Shown: positions 22,357-32,600 of the stretch, piece after piece | Layout: every line of letters begins with the position of its first letter | How positions within the stretch are numbered: position 1 is the stretch's first letter | Assembly (NCBI GenBank): GCA_963514005.1 | Contig: OY740797.1 | Coordinates: 19,654,001 to 19,718,000, forward strand | DNA length: 64,000 bases | Reading direction: 5' to 3' | From: Raja brachyura | Lineage: Eukaryota | The notes under the pieces: model-generated | Database searches by the model: none | Seen by the model: only the letters and a program-made list of their open reading frames with translations | Told to the model about the DNA's origin: nothing | Program-made: the position numbers and the translations under genes

Positions 22357-23920
22357 AGTGGTGCAGCAATAAAGGTGCTGGCTTAGTGCCAGAGACCCGG
22401 GTTGGATCCTGACTGGGGTGCATGCCTGTCAGGCACGTGCCGTGAGTAATTACTCAGGGTAGGCACTCGGTCCGCTTTAAAAAAAATATATAAACCGCGC
22501 ATTCTCCCGGTTAAATAAAAAAAAACAGTGACATTTCAATTTGCCCAAGGCTTGCTAGTCCAAGACCAATTGGGGGAACCGTTCCTTTCACAGCGTGTGG
22601 AGAGCCTGTGCCAGGGGTAAAGTTGTGGGGAGGGCACGAGTGTTGAGAAGGAGGGTGTCAGGGATACTGCCAGAGATAACTCGCTCACCGCTGCCGCAGC
22701 TCTCCGGGCACAAAGCCACGCACTGTAGCTGGGGATAGAAGCAGATCGGGGAGCTACGAGCGGCCACCGGGACCCGACAGCAGAACTGGCCGCCACTTCA
22801 GCGCCTTCTGCCGGCCCGCTCACCTTTGGCAGTGCTCTCCGTCGGAACACCTGTCACCTGCCATTCGCCGACTTCGCTCATGTCAGCAGCTTCCTGCAAA
22901 TCCTTAAATTCGCACAGCCGAGTAACCTCAATCACGCTGTCGGAATTTAAGGACATGAGTGAGGCCAGCGAACGGCAGGAGAGAGGGTTTTAGACGGAGA
23001 GCTGCCAGAGGTGAGCGGAGACCGGCAGAAGGAGCTAAGGTGGCAGCTGGTTCCGCTGTCCGCTCAGCCACCCGAGCTACTTCTCTCCCCCCCCCCCCCC
23101 CCGCCCCCCGTCTCAATGCGGTGTCATTGCACGACCCCGTGCAAGGAGCGTCGCAAGTGGCATTATCCCAATCCCCTCATTCATAACATTCGTGCCCTCC
23201 CCGCAACTTTACCCCGGGCCAGACTCCCCAAACTCTGTGAAAGGAGCTCTCCCCCCACACCCCGGGAAATACAGTATTTAAAAACATAAACACAAAATGT
23301 ACTTACCACATTATTGGTACACAAACTCCATTCTTCTCTCTTTGTTACCTAACATACACTTAAAATATTGACAATCCATATTTGAAAACCCGCCAAGAAT
23401 CAGTAGAATGATGCACATGCGCAGTAGAGCAAAGGCAGAATTTCTGCTGCCTTCAGTCCCGCTTGAAACTGACGGCTTCAGGCAGCGCTGACGGCACGTG
23501 GGCTGCACAGAGCTTCTCGTGTAACAAGCGCTGCGGATGAAAGGCACGGAGAATTATGCCTACCTAAGAGATTGATCTCTTACATAGGCATAATTCTCCC
23601 ATGCCTTTATTATTTATATTTAGTTATTACTATGTTATAATTTTAGTCAGGGTAGGCAGTGCCTACCTTGCCTACCCTGACGGCACGTGCCTGATGCCTG
23701 TCTGGAGTTTGTACGTTCTCCACATGACACGTGGGTTTTCTCCGAGATCTTCGGTTTCATCCCACACTCAACGTACTGGTTTGTCGGTTAATTGGCTTGG
23801 TAAAATGTAAATTGTGCCTAGTGTGTGCAGAATAGTGTTAATGTACGGTGATCGCTGGTGTGTGCGACTCAGTTGGCCGAAGGGCCTGTTTCAGCACTGC
23901 ATTACTAAACTAAAAAAAAA
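22357..23920 (+). mobile_element. tRNA-derived V/HE1-type SINE, split by a hAT insertion (intact copy at about 62580-62870)
   Basis: tRNA-like head gtggtgcagc...gacccgggttggatcctga, V-like core tgtctggagtttgtacgttctcc, CR1-like tail ggccgaagggcctgttt...ctaaactaaa. Confidence 0.75.
22430..23693. mobile_element. Non-autonomous hAT-superfamily DNA transposon (1264 bp)
   Basis: 14-bp TIR caggcacgtgccgt / acggcacgtgcctg; 8-bp TSD atgcctgt at 22422-22429 and 23694-23701; empty site at 62646-62653 in the duplicate. Confidence 0.93.
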
Positions 23921-24119
23921 TCTGTAGTCTTGGTCATATTTCAGATCATGGCGAGGACAATTGGGTTGCACCTTGGCTGAAATCAGCCCACACAGCTAAC
24001 AGTATTTGTTAGCTGTGTGGGCTGATTTGTTAAACAGTATTTGTTTGATTGAAACTCTAAGGGATCAAAGGTGGGGGCAATGTCCATGCACCATGGAACT
24101 TTACCATGGAAAGAATCAG

Positions 24120-25130
24120 TTGGTGAATAATCTAAGCTGCACATGGACTCATTCCCTGACTGATGAAGGCCAACATACCAAAAGTCCTACTGACCACTCT
24201 ATCTGTGACACCACTTTCAAGGAACTATGTACTTGCAATACTCGATCCCTTTGCTCCACAACACTTCCCAGGGCCCTGCCTGTCACTGTGTAGGTCTTGT
24301 CCTGGTTTGACTTCCCAAAATGCAACACCATGCGCTTATCTGTATTTAACATTAACAATTTCTCAGCCCATTTGCCTAACTGATCAAATCCTGCTGTAAT
24401 TTTGGATAACTATCTACGATACCACCCACTTTAGTGTCACCTGCAAACTTATTAACCATGCCTTGTACATTCTCATTCAAATCATTGATACAAACCACAA
24501 ATAGCAATGGGCCCCAGCATCGATTCCTGAGGCATAACATTAGTCACGGGCCTCCAGTCTGTCAAAGAACCTTTCACCATCACCCTCTGCTTCCTTCCAT
24601 GAAGCCAATTCTTTCCAGTAATTTGCCTACCACAGATATTTGGCTCGTTGATCTATAGTTCCTAAGCTTTTCTTTGCAAAAACATTCAGTATCTCCTCAA
24701 CCATGAGGAAGAAGGGTCTGAAGAAGTGTCTCGACCCGAAACGTCACCCATTCCTTCTCTCCAGAGATGATGCCTGTCCCGCTGAGTTACTTCAGCTTTT
24801 TGTGATGCTCCTCAAACACAATGCATACTGTCCTCTAGATTTCTATTACTGTCCCAAGTTCCTCGGTCTCCAGCAAGGAATGTCTGGATGCCTATGAGTA
24901 AAGGTGTGCCTCGGCGATTGGTGCTGGATCCATTGCTGTTTGTGTTGCATGACAATGATTTGGGCTAGAATATAGAAGGTATTTTTGGTAAATTTGCAGA
25001 TGACATTAAGTCAGTGGTAAAGTAGATAATGAAGATAGTTATCAAATATTACAGCAGGATCTTGATCAGTTAGGTATGTGCAGATAAGTGTGAGGTATTG
25101 CATGTCGGGGAAATAAATCCAGGAAGTTTC
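24120..25130. mobile_element. CR1 LINE RT fragments (minus 24120-24680, plus 24880-25130)
   Basis: VLHFGKSNQDKTYTVTGRALGSVVEQRD and KFADD-like remnants. Confidence 0.75.
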
Positions 25131-25234
25131 TGCAGCTCAGACATGTTTAATGTTGATCTGTGTATCTCAGCCCAGATGCTATTTCTTCTCTAACTTCCCA
25201 CAGCTTAAATCCACCCATGGGTATCATTAGCAAA

Positions 25235-26775
25235 ACCTGAGACGGACACAATGCTGCAGTATTTCAGTGGGACAGGCAGCATCTTTGGAGAAAACGGATA
25301 GGTGAGGTTTTGATCCAGGGCCCTTCTTCAGGCTGGTTGTAGCAAGGAGGATCAGGAAGCAAAAAAAGACCAGGACCGATCAATGCCAGCAACAGACAAC
25401 CCCAGACTGGGTGGTTCCTGGATAGGCCAATTCTTGTCTAGGGGTGGTGCGATTCCAAGAGGGATACATAATTGTGAACTGGTTACCTGACATTTAGCCG
25501 AGGATGGGGGGGGGGGCAGAAAAGTGAGGGGAGGTGAATGTATGTAAAAAATTTATGTTTATACCACTACCCAAGGGTGTACGCCAGCCAAGTGAACTAT
25601 GAGGTGCTGTTCCACCAATTTGCATGTGGTCTTACAATGGAGGTGGCCCAGGACAGAACCTGCCTCGATATTGGTTCCAACCAGTTCAGGTGCAACCATC
25701 CCTATTGCACAGGTCACGTCTGCCTCAGAAGAGATCCACTGCTCCAACAAACCTGAATCCAAAAATCTAATTTAAGTTGTGTTTGAGAACAATCACTTTG
25801 AAAACCAGGCCTAGAAATAGAAAGGTGTCCATGGTGACAAATTGTGAAAGCAATCCATCAACGGGTAATCGCAACAATGCTGTTTGTACACTTGCACATG
25901 GTGTCAATTCTAAATATAAACAAAGATACAAGGCCATCCCTTTAACTTGAAGAAAGGGAGAGGAGTCAAGAGTAGTTGTTAAAGTTGAAGACGTGTTCTG
26001 CCAGATGGAAGAAAGTGTTAGTTGAGGGGAACTGATTGGATCTCCATGAAAAGATTGGGAATGCCCTGAGACCTTCCTGGTGGGGAATGGAGATAGGTAT
26101 AAGGGACATGGTGAAGATTGGACAATGGGGATCCAGGAACTGAAAGTTATTGTTGTGTTGAAGAGCGTGTAAGTTGCCTCTGATGTAGGCCGGAAGGGTC
26201 TGGCCAATTGGGAACAATGGAGAATCAAGGCATTTGGAGATGAGTTTAGTGGAGAAGGAGCAGGCAGAAGCAATGAGTCTGCCTCAGCACTCCTGCTTGT
26301 GCATTTTCGGGAGGAGATTGAAATAGCCAATGTAGAGTTTGGGAACAGCAAGGTTGGATGTTGTGGAGGGGAGATTCCTGGAGGTAATAAGAGGAGTGAC
26401 AGTCTGGAAGATGATGGCTTAGTGTTGCTCCACATTGGAGATTACCCGGTCAGGCTACAACTGTATCTCCCTTGTTAGTGGGGTTGATGACAATATTGTG
26501 ATTGTTACTGTGTGAACATAGGCTGCACATTCAGAGTGGGTGAGACTGGAGTGGGTAAGGGAAGTGGAGAAGTTAAGATGGTTGATGTTGCACTGCAGAT
26601 GGAAATGAAAAGGTCCAGAGAGGGTAGAAGGTGGCAGAGTGTCCAGGAGGAGAAAAGATGATGGAGATGGGAGTGGCGATCTGAAGAAGGGTCCAGACCT
26701 TAAATGTCCTCTGTCCATTTCCTCCACTAATTTGGACTGACGGCTGATTCCCTCCAGCACTTTGTGCTTTGCTCT
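25235..26775 (-). mobile_element. Penelope-like element remnant with inverted terminal repeat copies
   Basis: PTYIR..., IPIPHQEGLRA, HLAEHVFNFNNYS / FLQVKGMAL resemble Penelope RT; terminal repeat family (ctgaagaagggtc...ctccagca) at both ends in opposite orientation. Confidence 0.78.
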
Positions 26776-27044
26776 AAATATAAACACTTGGGCTCTGAAT
26801 GCAGAATAGTTTTCAAGCAATGGCTTACATCTAACCCATGATTAATATGTATTTCTAATTCCCACATCAACTAACAAACAGACCTGACTGATGGGGTTCG
26901 CTCCAATAGTAAGTATATCCAAGGTGACTGGAAACAAGGCACTGTTACACAGACGTTTCATACAAGGAACAAAGCTTGACATGAACTTAGAAACCAGGGC
27001 TCATCAATGTATCTTACAAACTTGTACTCTTCCCTTGCAAAAAA

Positions 27045-28608
27045 CAGTGGCTTGCAAAAGTATTCATACCCCTTGAACTTTTCCACATTTTGTCACGTTA
27101 CAACCACAAAAGTAATGTATTTTATGTGGTAGACCAACACAAAGTGGTGCATAATTGTGAAGCGGAGGGAAAATGATACATGGTTTCCAAATTTTATTAC
27201 AAATAAAAAAACTGAAAAGTGTGGCGTGCAAAAGTCTTCAGACCCCCATGAGTTAATACTTTGTAGAACCACCTTTCGCTGCAATTACAGCTGCAAGTCT
27301 TTTGGGGTATGTCTCTACCAGCTTTGCACATCTAGAGACTCAAATCTTTGCCCATTCTTCTATGCAAAATAGCTCACGCTCAGTCAGATTGGATGGAGAG
27401 CGTCTGAACAGCAATTTTCAAGTCTTGCTAGAGATCCTCAATTGGATTTAGGTCTGGACTTTGACTGGGCCATTCTAACACATGAATATGCTTTGATCTA
27501 AACCATTCCATTGTAGCTCTGGCTGTATGTTTAGGGTCGTTGTCCTGCTGGAAGGTGAACCTCTGCCCCAGTCTCGAGTCTTTTGCAGACTCTAACAGGT
27601 TTTCTTCCAAGATTGCCCTGTATTTGGCTCCATCCATCTTTCCATCAACTCTGACCAGCTTCCCTGCCCCTGCTGAAGAAAAGCATCCCCACAGCATGAT
27701 GCTGCCACCACCATGTTTCACAGTGGAGATGGTGTGTTCAGGGTGATGTGCAGTGTTAGTTTACCGCCACACATGGTGTTTTGCATTTAGGCCAAAAACA
27801 TCAATTTTGATCTCATCAGACCAGAGCACCTTCCTCCACATGTTTGCTGTGTCCCCCACATGGCTTGTGGCAAACTGCAAACGGGACTTCTTATGGCTTT
27901 GCTTCAACAATGGCTTTCTTCTTGCCACTCTTCAATAAAGGCTCGATTTGTGGAGTGCACGACTAATAGTTGTCCTGTGGACAGATTCTCCCACCTGAGC
28001 TGTGGATCTCTGCAGCTCCCCCAGAGTTACCATGGGCCTCTTGGCTGCTTCTCTGATCAATGCTCTCCTTGCCCGGCCTGTCAGTTTAGGTGGACGGCCA
28101 TGCCTTGGTAGGTTTGCAGTTGTGCCATACTCTTTCCATTTTCGGATGATGGATTGAACAGTGCTCCGTGAGATGTTCAAAACTTGGGATTTTTTTAATA
28201 ACCTAACCCTACTTTAAACTTCTCCACAACTTTATCCCTGACCTGTCTGGTGTGTTCCTTGGGCTCCATGATGCTGTTTGTTCACTAATATTCTCTAACA
28301 AACCTCTGAGGCCTTCACAGAACAGCTGCATTTATACTGAGATTAGATTACACTCTATTTACTAATTAGGTGACTTCTGAAGGCAATTGATTGCACTGGA
28401 TTTTATTTAGGGGTATCAGAGTAAAGGGAGCTGAATACGTTTGCAAGCAACACTTTTCGGTTTTTTTATTTGTAAAAAAATTTCCTTCCACTTCACAATT
28501 ATACGCCACTTTGTGTTGGTCTATCACATAAAATCCCAATAAAATACATTTACGTTTGTGGTTGTAACGTGACAAAATGTGGGGTATGAATACTTTTGCA
28601 AGCCACTG
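27045..28608 (-). mobile_element. Tc1/mariner DNA transposon, near full length, frameshifted transposase
   Basis: TIR cagtggcttgcaaaagtattcatacccc at 27045 and inverted at 28581-28608, TA at right flank; [41 protein letters not shown]-terminal GGSTKY*. Confidence 0.95.
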
Positions 28609-29637
28609 TATATGTTTTGCCTTCCATCACCGTGAGGAATGTGGGGGAGTTACTGTGGCAGATGTATTTTGTGTGTCTTGTTGCTTTTTATTTATATGAC
28701 TATGCCAAATCAAATTTCTCGCATGTTGCAAAACATACATGGCTAATAAAGTGTGATTATGATATTTCAACATAGCCTGCCCCTTAAGTGCTTGATACAA
28801 TTCTGTTTTGTGCGCAACTGCGTACTAATTACTACTTTCTCACCATATTAGGTTTTTTTTTAACATTCCTACAGCATAACCACAACTGTTCAACTTCAAA
28901 CTGTGGCAGCTGCTTAACGTTAATGATTTGGAGTGCATTCTTTGAAATTGAAAATAAGGATTGGTAATTACTCGAAAATGCAGAGTTGATATAAACAGGA
29001 CAACTTCCACTGTGCCACAATAATTCGAGATTTTGCTCAATGAAATTAAAATCTTTGCTAAAGAACATTTTTGAAAAAAAATATTTGCAATACTAAGAAT
29101 GGCACCATACCGTTTCTGCACCTCGCCTTGATTCCATCGAACTTCTATTGACATCTAAAGAAAACAAGACGATTAACGTTTGTAACAACAAAATGAATAT
29201 TGTGTCTTTGAAGCTAATCAAATGTATTGGCTAAAGTAAGAACTCATGAAGGCGCCGTTATATTTGAAAGTTTAGCAATACCGGTTTTTACAATCTTGTG
29301 TTAGTGTTTTAACTTCGCATAATCGGTAATATGTAATCGAACTTGACTTTGAATTAAATTATCAAATGGTGATAGCGTGGCAGCAGCTGTGTCACATTCC
29401 AAAATTACAATGAAAATTAAAAGTGTGGTAAGTTAGAGCAGTTTGCTCACAAACAGAATCAAGATCCATATCAAATTGCTTAAGATTCAATATTTTTAAA
29501 GAATAAAATGCAATCGATCAATTCCCCGTGGTTGTGAAATAAAGACGAAGTCGATGAGCGAATAATTCGAATTTAAAAAAAATTATGTTCCACGACATTT
29601 CAACTGTCATAATGTTTTTGTTATGTGAGTTTCATAC

Positions 29638-32600
29638 CTAATAATGACCTGCAATATTTCTTCTTCTGCACTCGACATGTATTAACTCTATGTTCCTGTT
29701 TTCTGAAATACTATTAGGATATTAAAGCAATTGGCAAAAATAAATAACGGTCTTACCATTTGTTACGTTTAGTCTGCGTACTGTCAACATTATTATCGGG
29801 ACTAAAATTGCCAATCCGCCCACTACACATCCGAGAACCAGTGCGAGATTATAGTCTGCAGGAGAAGCAGATACGTTTAAAACTGTAAAACATATACATG
29901 AAGACACTGGTGAGAAATTGGGAGTCAAGAGGGCAGAGCACTCCGAATGTGTCTTTTTATCCTTGGTGTACAAGCATTCCAATATATACCTAATGGAACG
30001 AATTGCATTAATTGCAAGTTAGCGGAGAAATATATATCGTCTGCTTTAATCTGTCATTTTCAGATCGGACATCTCTTTCTACACTTCCATATGTCTAGTT
30101 ACCCTCTCCACTGACTCTCAGTCTGAAGAAGTGTCTTGACACGAAACGTCACCCATTCCTTCTCTTCAGTGATGCTGCTTGTCCCGCTGTTACACCAGCA
30201 TTTCATGTCCATTTTCGGTGTAAACCATCATTTGCAGTTCTTTCCAACACAGATGAATGTTAAACACGTAAATCGTGTCACATAATAATCCAATGAGCTT
30301 CTCTTTGTGCATGAAGGTTACTTATGAAGTGTAAAGTGAGACATGCTTTTCTCTTAGCAGATTCCATGTTTTGGGACTGGCGTACAGCACCTGATTCTAC
30401 AGCTTTTAAGGTGTAACAAAATCAACTTACTTTTACCTTTGCAAGCCTTTAACGTGTTAAAATATTTCAAGAAACTTTACAGGAAGACCTTTCAACAAAA
30501 TGTGCCTCCAAATCGCAGATTATGAGAAATTAGGAGTCATAGCACGGAAACGGGTCATTCCGCCAAACCCATCCATGCCGAGCAAATTGCCCAACCGAGC
30601 TAGCCCCAGCTGCCTGCCGTAGGAAATCAACAGGCTTAGCTGCATTGCTGGAGGGAAATGACGTTTCGAGTAGTGACCCTTCTTCAGATACCCTCCGCAG
30701 ATGCTACCTGGCATGCTAAGTATCTCCAGAACTTTGCAGATGCTGGAAACTTGTAAAAAGCAATCTCCTTTGCCTCCTACTTACCTGCTCCTGGCACATA
30801 TCTCTTCAAACCGTTCCCGTCCTTATGGAGGAGACATGGTACTTGGTAGAAATGGTAGAATTAAACTAACATTTAAGGGGAGGTTATAAGACAGAAGGGC
30901 ATGGAGGGGCATAGTGTGGGTAGTTGGAGGGTTCATGGACAGTAAACGGATGAGAGTAATTACATTTGAATACAACTGGACGAATATATTGACATTTCAT
31001 GTTGGTAAACTTATATGGACTAGAGGATAAGATCAGATGACCTCTCTGGGTATTTTGCAAGATTGTGGTCGTTCCTCGATTATAATCCATTTTTTGCCCA
31101 TTGTTTATACCTTTTGATTTTAAAACAAAAAAGATCTGGGTAAAACTGACAAGGCCAGCACACACAGTATTCCCAATTCATGCTTGTCCTTCACAATGTG
31201 GCAGTGAGCAGGCTTTGTGAATCACTGCAGTCCTCTCAGTGAAGATAATTCCACTGTGTTATTGGGTAGGGAGTTCCAGGATCAAATCCAAGCGACGATA
31301 CGGACGATTTATTTACAAGACATGATGGTGTGTGACTCGGAAGGGAATTCTGCAGGAGATGGCGCGTTCCTATACACCTGTTGCCCTTGATCATCATTTT
31401 CGAAAACTCAATTGACCTCAGCTCTGAAATACAAGATTATGGATCTGCGATGTTCCGAGGTACGGAATTACAAAGATTCACGCATCTCTGGGAAGTGAAA
31501 TTTCGCCTTAATACAAAAGTTAAAAGCCGACTTCCTGTCTTAAAGAAAATATGTCTTGTTCAGAGCATTCTCCTTCCCCGTTCGTCATATTATGTCCCTT
31601 TGTAGTCGAGAGTTGAATGTTTGCTTGCTACACCACAGTTTGCTGTTTCACACACACGATATACATTACACGTATAAATTAATCTCACGCAGTTCGAATT
31701 GAGAAAATATAGCGCTAAATGATACATTAGGTTGCTTGCACATCGATATTCTACTGTGAATAAATAGGTTAACATTTACTACTCCACGTACAGTATTCGG
31801 CCTGATGTCTTCTCTAAATCGGATCGGCGGTTCCCAGCTCTGTTTGCCAATCTTACCTGGCTTGACCGTGTAGTCAACTCTGGCCGGGAGCGCAAGGGAG
31901 ACATGTGACACTAGGCAGGTGTAAATATCAATACGCCAGGTAGGCTTCGTTACTTCGAGAAAACTGGAAGCCACATACAACCCCTCCACGCTACTGGTGT
32001 TCACAGTTTTTTCCCCGGTGAAAATTGTTACACCATTTCTTTGCCAGGATATTTCGACTTCCTTCGGAAAAAAGGCAGCCGTTTGACACACAAGGTTTGG
32101 CGGCGAACTGCCATTAACTTGGCTAATGCTCAGGGGAGTTGGCGGAGCTGTAACAGAAGAAAAAAAAGTTATGTTGTATGTCTTCTTTCCATGTCAATGA
32201 ATACTTTGTGGTACAACTTGTGAAGACAACGCAGTATCAGACTGGATGGACTCGGCTTGTACTCGCTAGAATTTAGAAGATTGAGGGGGGATCTTATAGA
32301 AACTTACAACATTCTTAAGGGGTTGGACAGGCTAGATGCAGGAAGATTTTTCCCGATGTTGGAGAAGTCCAGAACAAGGGGTCACCGTTTAAGGATAAGG
32401 GGGAAGTCTTTTAGGACCGAGATGAGAAAAACATTTTTCACACAGAGAGTGGTGAGTCTCTGGAATTCTCTGCCACAGAAGGTAGTTGAGGCCAGTTCAT
32501 TGGCTATATTTAAGAGGGACTTAGATGTGGCCCTTGTGACTAAGGGGATCAGGGGGTATGGATAGAAGGCAGGTACGGGATACTGAGATGGATGATCAGC

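Noticed and set aside
28780-28830. YAVAHKTELYQAL ITAM-like peptide on the minus strand
   Set aside because: Preceded by an in-frame stop, non-canonical spacing, no convincing acceptor
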